Assembly: GCA_964576115.1 (NCBI GenBank)
Contig: CAZNUA010000015.1
Coordinates: 1 to 64,000, forward strand
Source of the DNA: an uncultured Gemmatimonadota bacterium
GTDB taxonomy: Bacteria > Blakebacterota > Blakebacteria > Blakebacterales > Blakebacteraceae
Reading direction: 5' to 3'
DNA length: 64,000 nucleotides
Program-made: the position numbers and the translations under genes
In this document: positions 8,737-18,031 of the stretch, piece after piece
Layout of the letters: the number at the start of each line of letters is the position of its first letter
How positions within the stretch are numbered: position 1 is the stretch's first letter
Notes under the pieces: generated by a model
Told to the model about the DNA's origin: nothing
Databases searched by the model: none
Seen by the model: only the letters and a program-made list of their open reading frames with translations

Positions 8737-10033
8737 TCATCGAGCCGCGGCGAACAGACGGTGGAGAACGGAGCTTGTCCCCCACTGCGAGGGGTTGATC
8801 TCGTCGAGCGCCCAGACAGCCATCGCCCGCACCCCGGGATCGGGATCATCCAGGGTGTCGAGCAGAGGATTCACGGCCCGTATCACCCGATGGCTCTCTA
8901 CGAGGCCGTAGATTCCGAGCTTGCAGGCCGCCAGCCGGCGGATCGAGGACGACGGGATCTTCGATCTCGCCCAGGGCCAGCACGGCCATCTCGCGCAGCC
9001 GGGGATCGGAATCGTTTGCGGCCGGCAGCAGTCGCCCGGATCGGACCGGGCTCCGGTCGACGTTGCTATCCATAATCCCGGCAATCCGCTCGCCGAGTCC
9101 CGAACCTGCCGCCATGGTCACCGACCCGACCGGCACCGACAGACCGAGCTGGGATCGGGCGATCGCCAGCAGATGACCGGCGTAGGTGGCCGATCGCACG
9201 CCCCGACGCAAAGCGAAATCGTCGCAGGCCCGCTCGCGTTCGACCGCCTGGCGCCGGGCGATGAACCAGACCAGGGGATTGGGCCAGTAGAGCGCCCGCA
9301 CGATCTCGATCACCCGGTGACAGAGATGGTCGTGCCGCACCAGGTGGGCGTATTCGTGCAGCAGAACGCTCCGTTTCCGTGCCCGATCCCAGCTGCGGGC
9401 CTCGTCCGGCAGGACGATCGTCGGCCTGAGGATGCCGCAGGAGAACGGAATCGCGGTCTCGGCCGAGATCAGCAGCCTGACCCGCCCGGGCGACGGGATC
9501 GGAGTCTTCAGGCGGTCGAAGAGAACGGTGAGTTCAGGATCACCGCCGGCGACCGAGCGGCGCAGAATCCGGCCGGCCACCAGGGCATGCCGAAGCAGTC
9601 GCCAGAGCATCGCGGCCAGACCACCCATCCAGATCAGGATGAAGGCCAGGCTGAGGATATCGCCGGTCGTGACCCAGGCACTCTGCGAGGCGGTTGGCTC
9701 CGGCTCGAGGTTCCGGTCCGGTTCCTCGCTCCCGGGTACGGCCGGGGTGGGAACTGTCGCCGATCCGGCTTCAAGCACCGGTCCGGTCCCGGATCCGAGC
9801 AGCCGGTGATGGCCGAACTGCCACGAGGGGAAGAACACGATATAGAGCGGGATCACGAGCAGGGCGACCAGTCCAAGGCTCCCGGCGGCACACCGGCTGG
9901 CCGCCGAGGCCCGAGACAGACATTTCATTGCCAGGCCGGTCAACAGCAGGATGAGGCTGCCCTTGACGAGTATGGTGGCCAACACGACCCCGGCCGCCGG
10001 ACCGAGCTGCTGCAGCAGGGCGAGAGAGATCAC
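8737..10033 (-). pseudogene. BlaR1/MecR1 (M56) peptidase with HEAT repeats, frameshifted and internally deleted
   Basis: LLHEYAHLVRHD, WPNPLVW, ERERACDD; HEAT repeats split over two frames near 8950. Confidence 0.75.
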
Positions 10034-10467
10034 GTCTCCCTCTCCTCCTCGATCAGCCGGCTGATCCGCTCCAGCTCCTCCTCGTTCAACCGTTCGCCGG
10101 AGACATCGAGCATGGTCAGGATGGCCTTCGAGGGTGAATTGTCGAAGAAGGTCCGCAGCAGGTTCTGCATGGCGCTGCGTGAGGCTTTCTCGCGCGAGGT
10201 CCGGGGGGTGTAGATGTAGCGGCGCCCTTCCCGGTGGTGCACGAGATACCCCTTTTTCTCCAGGATCGAGAGTGTCACCCGCACCGTGTCATAGCTCAGG
10301 TCGTCGCTCATTCGCTCGACGACCTCGTGAGCCCCCGCCGAGCCGAGTTCGTAGAGAATGTTCACGATCTCCCGCTCGCGGCGGCTCAGACGATGCAGGG
10401 CCGGCTGGCGCCGGGACGAAAACCCCGGGGAGTGACCTGCGGCACCGCCTGCGGATGGACCGGGCAT
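10030..10467 (-). CDS. BlaI/MecI/CopY-family repressor
   Basis: LSRREREIVNILY..SYDTVRVTLSILEKKG..GRRYIY..LLRTFFDNS; overlaps the M56 start. Start uncertain. Confidence 0.92.
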   Translation of the reverse strand: MPGPSAGGAAGHSPGFSSRRQPALHRLSRREREIVNILYELGSAGAHEVVERMSDDLSYDTVRVTLSILEKKGYLVHHREGRRYIYTPRTSREKASRSAMQNLLRTFFDNSPSKAILTMLDVSGERLNEEELERISRLIEEERET

Positions 10468-10641
10468 GAAAGTTCCTTAATGAAAAGTTTTTTCCATTGA
10501 TCAGGAATACGGCTCCCGGCGGGCAAAGTTGCAGCTGTTCTCCCACTGTGTGCTACGATGAATCCTTGAATGTAACACGGATGTCCGGTAGACTCGCTCG
10601 GGTACCTGGCTGAGCGCAATCATGTCAGAGGGAGTGCATCG

Positions 10642-11046
10642 ATGTCAGAACTGGTTCGTTTCGGCGTCTCGATCGAGAGCGAACTGCTCGAGGCTTTCGA
10701 CTCGTACATCGCCGAGAAAAGCTACACCAACCGCTCGGAAGCAATTCGCGATCTGATCCGGCAGAGCCTGGCCGCCGGGAAGTGGGAAGAAGGGGGCGAT
10801 GTCGCCGGCGGAATCGTCCTGGTATACGACCACCACCAGCGGGATCTGACCGAGAAGTTGATCCACCGTCAGCACCACGCCCTCGATCTCACCATCTCGA
10901 ACCTGCACGTGCACCTGGACGAGGGTAACTGCCTGGAAGTGATCGTCGTGCGGGGTTCCAGTGACCGGATCACGGCCCTGGCCGATGACATGCGCAGCAT
11001 GCGAGGCGTACACCACTGCGCCGTAGCCCGGGTGGCCGCCACCTGA
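10642..11046 (+). CDS. nikR: Nickel-responsive regulator NikR
   Basis: VRFGVSI..NRSEAIRDLIR ribbon-helix-helix; YDHH, HVHLD..CLE Ni ligands. Confidence 0.95.
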   Translation: MSELVRFGVSIESELLEAFDSYIAEKSYTNRSEAIRDLIRQSLAAGKWEEGGDVAGGIVLVYDHHQRDLTEKLIHRQHHALDLTISNLHVHLDEGNCLEVIVVRGSSDRITALADDMRSMRGVHHCAVARVAAT

Positions 11047-11079
11047 CGCCCGGCCGGTTTCCGCCGCCGGCCTGACACC

Positions 11080-11112
11080 CCCCGGTATCTTTACGGGATC
11101 GCGATACCGGGG
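11080..11112. terminator. Hairpin between convergent genes
   Basis: CCCCGGTATC / GATACCGGGG 10-bp stem; no clear U tract. Confidence 0.45.
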
Positions 11113-11124
11113 AGGGAGCCGGTT

Positions 11125-12102
11125 CTACAAATCGACTTCGGTACCGATCCCCGCCTCACGGGCCCGGTCGTACACCAGGCGCGCCGTGGCGGCATCCTGA
11201 ATCGCCAGACCGTTCGACTTGAAGAGCGTGATCTGCTCCTCCGAGGTCCGTCCCGGCTTCGAGCCGGCCACGATCTCGGCCAGTTCGGCGTGGATGTGGT
11301 CGGCGGTGATGACCCCCTCCGAGATCGGAATCATGACGTCGCCGGCCTCGTTCAGGCAGGCCTCGCGAGAGTCGGCGATCAGCACCGAACGTTTGATGAT
11401 GGCCGAGTCGAGTTCGCGGGCCCCGGGGGAGTGGCTGCCGATACCGTTGAGATGGGTGCCCGACTTGACCGCGGTGCCGTCGAAGATCGGTTCGGCGCTG
11501 GAGGTGGCGGTGCAGATGATGTCCGCCTCGAGCATGACACTCGCATCCTCGGCGATCCGGACCGGAATGCCCAGCTTCTCGCTCATCTCGATGACAAAGG
11601 TCTCAGCCGCCTCGGGAACGACATCCATGACCCAGGCCAGTTCGATCTCGCGCGCTTCGCAGACCGCCCAGAGCTGCATCCGGGCCTGTACGCCGGCCCC
11701 GAAAACGGCTGCCGTCTGCGGCCCCCCTTCCCGTGCCAGGTACTTCGTCGCCAGACCGCTGACCGCCCCGGTGCGGACCGCCGTCAGGTACCCACCGTCC
11801 ATGATGCAGACGACCTGTCCGGTCGAGGCATCCTGGAGCAGGACCGTTCCCAGAACCGTCGCCAGATCGTGTTTGGCCGGGTTGTCCTTGTAGACCGTAA
11901 CCACTTTGCAGGCCATGGCGTTCATTTCCTGCAGGTAGGCAGGCATATAGAGGCTGAGCCCGTCGGGAGCTTTGATCACCGTGCGCAGAGGCAGTTCGGC
12001 CGTACCGGCGGCCATCTCGGTGAAGGCCGCCTCCAGAATATCGATGCAGTCGGCCATCTCCAGAACCCGGGTGACTTCCTGACGGTTGAGCAACAGGGGC
12101 AT
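11125..12102 (-). CDS. Ornithine cyclodeaminase/mu-crystallin family (archaeal-type alanine dehydrogenase-like)
   Basis: LTAVRTGAVSG, GAGVQA, LFKSNGLAIQD. Confidence 0.9.
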   Translation of the reverse strand: MPLLLNRQEVTRVLEMADCIDILEAAFTEMAAGTAELPLRTVIKAPDGLSLYMPAYLQEMNAMACKVVTVYKDNPAKHDLATVLGTVLLQDASTGQVVCIMDGGYLTAVRTGAVSGLATKYLAREGGPQTAAVFGAGVQARMQLWAVCEAREIELAWVMDVVPEAAETFVIEMSEKLGIPVRIAEDASVMLEADIICTATSSAEPIFDGTAVKSGTHLNGIGSHSPGARELDSAIIKRSVLIADSREACLNEAGDVMIPISEGVITADHIHAELAEIVAGSKPGRTSEEQITLFKSNGLAIQDAATARLVYDRAREAGIGTEVDL

Positions 12103-12477
12103 GTCCTACCTCCTCCGGCGCGGTCCCGGCGGCCGGCTCCCAGCGCCGACCGGGACAATCATTCAACGGGCGTCTGATACGGCGGCAGGATGATACTATG
12201 GCACACCGGAGCCGGGGTTTTGAAGTCCTATCTGCGAGGCTTGCGTCTCAACCTGACGGACACCCCGGTTCACACCGGATCATTCGGTTTGAATCGTACG
12301 GCGGTCCTGCACTACTCTCGGGCCGGAGAGCTCGGACCTGCATTCGCGGCATTGTTCTTTCTCCTGCGGAAGGCATTTCATGACACGTCTCATTCCCGGC
12401 CGCACTCGTTTTCCGCTCTACTCCTTCGCTCTGGTTTTCAACACCATCCGGATCGTGCAGGAGATGATCGAACACTG

Positions 12478-13428
12478 ATGGAACCGGAATACGAATTTCA
12501 GGAGGAAAGTCTCGAGCGCTTCCTCGAAGCCAGCACGGTCGAAACCGAACATACGATGGCCCGCCTGCGGGTCGGGATCGGGGTGCTGGCCATCGCCATC
12601 AGTCCCTATCTGGTCTCGATGGACCTGCTCGAACTGATCTTCCGCCCGATCCCTTATCTGTTCTTTATTCTCGGGTACCTCCTCTACGCCCTGGGGTACT
12701 ACTTCTGGGCTCCCTACCGCCATTTCCGACTGGTGGCGGCCACGCGGTGCTCGACATTCATCGACTACGCCGCCGTGACCGTGGTCCTGCTCAACAGCGG
12801 CGGGCTGGAAAGCCCCTTCTGGGCCCTCTGGGCCACAGTGGCCCTGACATACGTGATCCGGTTCCGGTTCGGTCTGCGTGAGGGGATCGTTACCGCCCTG
12901 CTCTTCCTCGGCACGGTTGAACTCTGCAATCAGGTAATCCCGGCAACCGAACTCCCGGTCCTGACGCTTCTGGTCGGCGTCGGTTTTTCGCTGCTCATCC
13001 TCATAGCCGGCGGGCTGCTGATGGTGCGCAGCGAGCGGGCGGCGATCCGCAAGGCTCTGACCGCCGAATATGAAACAATCCACCGTATCGTGAATACGGT
13101 TCAGCATTCAGTCAACAACCCGCTGGCCGTTATCAGCGGTAATCTGCAGTTGCTCAAACGCTATCAGACAGGAGAGAAAGAGAAGGAATGGATCGATGCC
13201 GCCGAGGAGGCCCTGACCGGTATTGTTGTGGCGGTGGACAAGCTACGCGATCTCGAGGACGAACGGCTCCTGGTCGGTTACGGCCCTCTGAAACAGTATT
13301 CGGTCGAAGCCTGGTACGAACTCACGGCCGGTTCACGGCGTTCGGGCGGAGCCCGGGTCGGCGAGGTCCGGGAAACACCGGGATCAGACGATACGGAAAC
13401 ACCCCACCCGCCGGCCGGGGATAAATAA
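12478..13428 (+). CDS. Multi-TM membrane protein with HisKA (DHp) domain and no HATPase domain
   Basis: About 6 hydrophobic segments, then HSVNNPLAVISGNLQLL. Start inferred at ATG 12478 after CAGGAG. Confidence 0.7.
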   Translation: MEPEYEFQEESLERFLEASTVETEHTMARLRVGIGVLAIAISPYLVSMDLLELIFRPIPYLFFILGYLLYALGYYFWAPYRHFRLVAATRCSTFIDYAAVTVVLLNSGGLESPFWALWATVALTYVIRFRFGLREGIVTALLFLGTVELCNQVIPATELPVLTLLVGVGFSLLILIAGGLLMVRSERAAIRKALTAEYETIHRIVNTVQHSVNNPLAVISGNLQLLKRYQTGEKEKEWIDAAEEALTGIVVAVDKLRDLEDERLLVGYGPLKQYSVEAWYELTAGSRRSGGARVGEVRETPGSDDTETPHPPAGDK

Positions 13429-14871
13429 TCAGCGCAGGAAGGGTGCGACAAGCGACAGCCTGCCGTCTTCTGCCACCGCCGCGATCCCGAACACCAGTCC
13501 GTCGATATCGAGATGGGGCAGAACGACCTGATGGTAGGTCCTGCCGCGCCGCTCGATCTGTTCGGGTATTCCGATCCACCTGAATTCGGTCCAGCGGGGT
13601 TCGGTGGTGGCCCGGATCGCCACCACGTACCCGCTCACACCCTCCCCCCCGGCCGGTAAAAAGGACAGGGCGGCATCGTACCCCTCGCCGCGTCCCAGGC
13701 GCATCGGTACCGGCGCGGTCGGGCTCAGAGCCAGAGTGGCGGCGGTGGCGGCTTCGATACGGGCATTCCGCATCAGGTAATCGAGATCGAGGTTCTCGAA
13801 CGTGTCGTTGTAGGAGTGCTGTAGATTGTAATCCTCGTTGGCCTCGGTCATGCGTACTCCCGGGTAACCGAGCCGGTTGAAGGCGGTGTGATCACCGCCT
13901 CGGCCGAAACGGTCGTACCGGAAAACCAGATCGACATCCTGTTCGGGCACGTAACGTTCCCCGATCATTTCCATGTAACGGGCGATCTGGCGGCTCGGGG
14001 AATCCATCGGATCCTCACTGAAGACCCGGACCGTGTAGGGCCGGCTGGGCGCTCCCCCACCGCGGGTGCTGCAGCCGATCATGTCCATGTTGAGCACGGC
14101 CTCGATCTCCAGTCCCTGTTCCTGCGCCCGCTGAGCGAAAAGCGAAGCGCCGACCAGACCGTTTTCCTCGGCGACCACGGCCATGAAGATCAGGGTCTTG
14201 GGAAATTCGTACTGCGCGAACACCCGGGCACACTCCATCGCCGTCGCCACCCCGCTGATATCGTCGTTCACCCCGGGGGCCGGACGGTTGGAATCGCGGC
14301 GCTCGTACGGATCGCCCTCGCGGGGGGAGTCGAGATTGATCGAATCGTAATGGCCGGTCAGGATGATGTGTTGTTTCGACAGTTCGGGATCGGTGCCGGG
14401 CAGAACCGCCACGATGTTCCTGAGCACCGTCCCGGCCGGGAGCCGGCCGGGGGAGTTGTCGTTGACGACGTGAGTGTCGAACCGGACCTGCAGGCGGGGC
14501 GAGTAGCTGCGGTACTCACGCAGCAACCACCGCCGGGCCGCACCCACCCCCCTCTCCTCGCTGATCGTATCCGAGAGGGTATGACGGGTTTCGAAGGCCT
14601 CCATCGTCTGCAGGATGCGGGTGATGTTCTCGGCGCTCATCTGCCCGACGATGTCCTCCACGAGCGGATCGGTGGCGAAGAAAGGGCCGAGTTCCTGACG
14701 GGCTCCGGCGGCACCGACGCAACCTGCCGCACCCGCTCCGAGAAGGGCGAGCAGAAGCAGGAGAGCGGCGGGGGAGTATCCCGGGGAGTGCGATCGCGGG
14801 AGCCGGCGGGAACAGCCGGAGCACAGGGAGTGAGGAAACGGCCGGAAAGGCGGGGCGTGGCGTAAACGCAT
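13429..14871 (-). CDS. M28-family metallopeptidase, secreted
   Basis: GHYDS, APGVNDDISG, AEENGL, LNMDMIG, GGDH motifs. Confidence 0.9.
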   Translation of the reverse strand: MRLRHAPPFRPFPHSLCSGCSRRLPRSHSPGYSPAALLLLLALLGAGAAGCVGAAGARQELGPFFATDPLVEDIVGQMSAENITRILQTMEAFETRHTLSDTISEERGVGAARRWLLREYRSYSPRLQVRFDTHVVNDNSPGRLPAGTVLRNIVAVLPGTDPELSKQHIILTGHYDSINLDSPREGDPYERRDSNRPAPGVNDDISGVATAMECARVFAQYEFPKTLIFMAVVAEENGLVGASLFAQRAQEQGLEIEAVLNMDMIGCSTRGGGAPSRPYTVRVFSEDPMDSPSRQIARYMEMIGERYVPEQDVDLVFRYDRFGRGGDHTAFNRLGYPGVRMTEANEDYNLQHSYNDTFENLDLDYLMRNARIEAATAATLALSPTAPVPMRLGRGEGYDAALSFLPAGGEGVSGYVVAIRATTEPRWTEFRWIGIPEQIERRGRTYHQVVLPHLDIDGLVFGIAAVAEDGRLSLVAPFLR

Positions 14872-14876
14872 GAGGG

Positions 14877-16028
14877 TTATCTCCGGGTGCTGAAGCGGTA
14901 GATCGTTGTCTGGCTGTAGATCTCGCCGGGCTCGAGGATGACCGGCGGGAAGTCCGGCTGGTTGGGCGAATCGGGATAGTGCTGAGCCTCGAGACAGAAG
15001 CCGTGATGCTTGCCGTACACCACTCCTTCCGACCCGGTCAGGGTGCCGTCCAGGAAATTGCCGGTGTAGAACTGCATCCCCGGCTCGGTGGTCAGAACCT
15101 CCATCACCCGCCCGCTCCGCCGGTCGTACACGGTCGCGGCCGAAAAGGGCCCGGCCGGGGATTCGGGGACGGTGAGCACATAACAGTGATCGTAACCGCC
15201 GGCGAAGTGCTCTCCCTCGATCTCGGCGATCCGCTCGCCGATGGTGTGCGGGGTGCGGAAATCCATGCAGGTTCCGGCCACGCTCCTGACCTCTCCGGTC
15301 GGGATGAGGCCGTCATCGGTCGGCAGGAAGGCCCCGGCGTTGATCGTCACCTCGTGCTCGAGGATATCGCCGGCAGCGGGACCGGCCAGGTTGAAGTAGC
15401 TGTGATGGGTCAGGTTGACCGGGGTCGGAGCGTCTGTCTCGGCCCGGTAATCGATCCGCAGCTCGTTCTCCGGGGTCAGGGTATAGACGACCTCGACCGA
15501 GAGATTGCCGGGGTAGCCTTCTTCTCCGTCGGGACTCAGCAGGGCGAGTCGGAGAGCCTCGCCGCGCTCGCTCACCAGCGGCTCGGCCTTCCAGACCACC
15601 TTGTCGAACCCCCTGATCCCGCCGTGCAAGTGGTTGGGACCGTTGTTGCGGGCCAGACTGTACTCCCGCCCCTGCAGCCGGAAGCGTCCGTCGGCGATCC
15701 GGTTTCCGTAACGCCCGATCAGGGCGCCGAAGTAGGGGCTGTCATCGACATACTCCTCGAGGGTATCGAAACCCAGGACAACATCCCCGGATACCCCGTC
15801 ACGGTCGGGCACCTCGAGCGAGACGAGAATGCCGCCGTAATTCGTGATCCGGGCCCGCATGCCGTTCGCATTTTCGAGGGTGTAGAGATGAACGCCGAAG
15901 GGCTTCTGCTCGATCATGCTCTCCTCTCCCCGTTCGGAACACGCGGTGACCAGACCTGCCAGCACAAGCCCGCTCAATCCAATCCGCAGCAACGCGCTGG
16001 GTCGCAGAATCCGTTCCCCTCTGCTCAT
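14877..16028 (-). CDS. galM: Aldose 1-epimerase (mutarotase) with lipoprotein signal
   Basis: GRYGNRI, NHLHGG, GYPGNL, NLTHHSYFNL, GFCLEAQHYPDSPN; LVTAC lipobox; RBS GGGAGG. Confidence 0.93.
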   Translation of the reverse strand: MSRGERILRPSALLRIGLSGLVLAGLVTACSERGEESMIEQKPFGVHLYTLENANGMRARITNYGGILVSLEVPDRDGVSGDVVLGFDTLEEYVDDSPYFGALIGRYGNRIADGRFRLQGREYSLARNNGPNHLHGGIRGFDKVVWKAEPLVSERGEALRLALLSPDGEEGYPGNLSVEVVYTLTPENELRIDYRAETDAPTPVNLTHHSYFNLAGPAAGDILEHEVTINAGAFLPTDDGLIPTGEVRSVAGTCMDFRTPHTIGERIAEIEGEHFAGGYDHCYVLTVPESPAGPFSAATVYDRRSGRVMEVLTTEPGMQFYTGNFLDGTLTGSEGVVYGKHHGFCLEAQHYPDSPNQPDFPPVILEPGEIYSQTTIYRFSTRR

Positions 16029-16125
16029 GGATGGCAACCTCCCGCAGTGACGATCCGAAACCGTCGGTAACGACACCTGACCGACAGGGTTGCCGGATCA
16101 ACCGGTTGAGGAACCGGCGGCATTC

Positions 16126-17127
16126 TCAGGAAGGGTTGAGTTCGACCAACCACCGCCCCACGTCCGCGACGATTTCTTCCCGCTCCTCCCCGTCGAGGAG
16201 AGCGACCGCGAGGGCGTTCGTCATCCAGCGCACCAGATCGTCGGGCCGGGCGTTGAGTTCGATGACCATCCGCCCGAGTTCCTCGGTCAGATCCGGGCCA
16301 AACCAGATCGCATCGTCGGAATTGATCGTCACGATGACACCCGCCTCCTCGAACCGGCGGGTCGGATGTTCGGGGTAGGTCGGAATGTTCCGCAGCCGTT
16401 CGTTCGACGTCGGACAGCATTCCAGCACGACCTGCCGCTCGGCGAGCAGGGCGAGGACTTCGGGATCGTGCTCGGCTGAAAGACCGTGTCCGATCTGGGT
16501 CGCGCCGATCTCGACCGCCTCGCGGATATAGTCGGAACCGGCGAATTCTCCGGCATGGATCTTGAGCTTTTTCCCGGCCTCGCAGACCGGAGCGAAAGCG
16601 TCGGCGAACAGTGCGGGCGGCCAGCCCGGTTCGTTGCCGTGCAGATCGAAACCGGCGACGACCGGCTCATCGACGAGCCGCCGGACCCAGCCGGAGGCTT
16701 CTTCAGGGCCCTCCTCGCGGTTCAGACCGGCGATCCACCTGACATGAGTCCCCGCCGTCCGGGCCCGGGCGGCTTCCTCGGCGAAGAGTTCGAGAATTGT
16801 CTCGACCGGCAGCTCGATCCGATTGAACCAGCTCGGGCAGGCGTTGACCTCGGCGTAGCGAATATTCTGGGCGATGAGAGAATCCATGACATCCCGGGTC
16901 ATCTCGGCGAAACCGCGCTCGGAGGTGAGCCAGGGGGTCAAGTAATCGCGGAAGAGCGCCCTGAACTGCTCGAAGTCGGTGAACCGGAAATCATCTTCGA
17001 GCCACCAGGGTATTTCGGGCAGCTGCTCGCCGGCATGCCGGTGATGGGCGTCCCGCAGGGTTGCCAGACGGACCGAGCCCTCCAGATGGAGGTGCAGTTC
17101 GGCTTTCGGCATCGATCTGATGTTCAC
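16126..17127 (-). CDS. add: Adenosine/adenine deaminase
   Basis: PKAELHLHLEGS, HAGE, IGHG, CPTSN, NSDD. GTG start inferred. Confidence 0.85.
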   Translation of the reverse strand: MNIRSMPKAELHLHLEGSVRLATLRDAHHRHAGEQLPEIPWWLEDDFRFTDFEQFRALFRDYLTPWLTSERGFAEMTRDVMDSLIAQNIRYAEVNACPSWFNRIELPVETILELFAEEAARARTAGTHVRWIAGLNREEGPEEASGWVRRLVDEPVVAGFDLHGNEPGWPPALFADAFAPVCEAGKKLKIHAGEFAGSDYIREAVEIGATQIGHGLSAEHDPEVLALLAERQVVLECCPTSNERLRNIPTYPEHPTRRFEEAGVIVTINSDDAIWFGPDLTEELGRMVIELNARPDDLVRWMTNALAVALLDGEEREEIVADVGRWLVELNPS

Positions 17128-17332
17128 AGTTCCGTCGGTTTCCTTTCGGGCGCGGCGCACAGCCAGATTAGGGCAAATATTACGTGCAGGGAAAGTCCTT
17201 TATCGGTCCTGCGATCGCAGGTGTCCGTACGTCTTCTCTGTTCCTTTCCTGCCCGACGCCGCCTTTCACGCCGACAGCCAGTTGCCTATTATTAGTGTTC
17301 ACCCTCCGGGGAAAGGAGCCGGGCGGCCTTTG

Positions 17333-18031
17333 ATGGACCTGTCACTGTATCTGGTTACCGATCGCTCTCTTTCGCGGGGACGCACTCTCGAAGAGATCGT
17401 CCGGGCAGCCATAGCCGGCGGAGTGACCACCATTCAGCTCCGGGAAAAGGAGGCCTCGACCGCCGACTTCCATGCCCTGGGTCTGATCGTGCGCGATCTC
17501 ACCCGCGCCGCCGGAGTCACCTTCATCGTCAACGACCGGCTCGATATCGCCCTGGCCTGTTCGGCTGACGGGGTGCATGTCGGCCAGGATGACATGCCGG
17601 CAGCCGTGGCCCGTCGCCTGATCGGTCCCGACCGCATCCTGGGGGTGACCGCCGCCGATGCCGAACAGGCCCGGCTGGCGGTCGAAGCCGGCGCCGATTA
17701 CATCGGCTGCAATGCGGTCTGGGCCACTCCGACCAAGACCGATACCGGAGCCCCGCTCGGCACCGCCGGACTGCGGGATCTGGTTGCGGACAGCGAGGCG
17801 CCGGTGGTGGCCATCGGCGGGATCAAGGCCGCCAACGCCCCCGATGTGCTGGCCACGGGAGTAGCCGGGATCGCGGTCGTCTCGGCCATCTGCAGCGCTG
17901 AGAACCCCGAAGCGGCGGCCCGTGAGCTGCGCCGCGTGGTGGACACAAACCTGAATCCGGACCCGTACCAGAACGAGTCCGGCGCAGGACACAAACCTGT
18001 AAGGAAGAGGATAGTGAACGATGCAGGCTGA
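17333..18031 (+). CDS. thiE: Thiamine-phosphate synthase (with anomalous C-terminal extension)
   Basis: LYLVTD, QLREK, IVNDRLD, GVHVGQDD, TPTK, VAIGGI. Confidence 0.95.
   Translation: MDLSLYLVTDRSLSRGRTLEEIVRAAIAGGVTTIQLREKEASTADFHALGLIVRDLTRAAGVTFIVNDRLDIALACSADGVHVGQDDMPAAVARRLIGPDRILGVTAADAEQARLAVEAGADYIGCNAVWATPTKTDTGAPLGTAGLRDLVADSEAPVVAIGGIKAANAPDVLATGVAGIAVVSAICSAENPEAAARELRRVVDTNLNPDPYQNESGAGHKPVRKRIVNDAG

Noticed and set aside
17160-17332. Expected TPP riboswitch upstream of thiE-thiM
   Set aside because: No CTGAGA / ACCTGA / TAATGC-type core visible.
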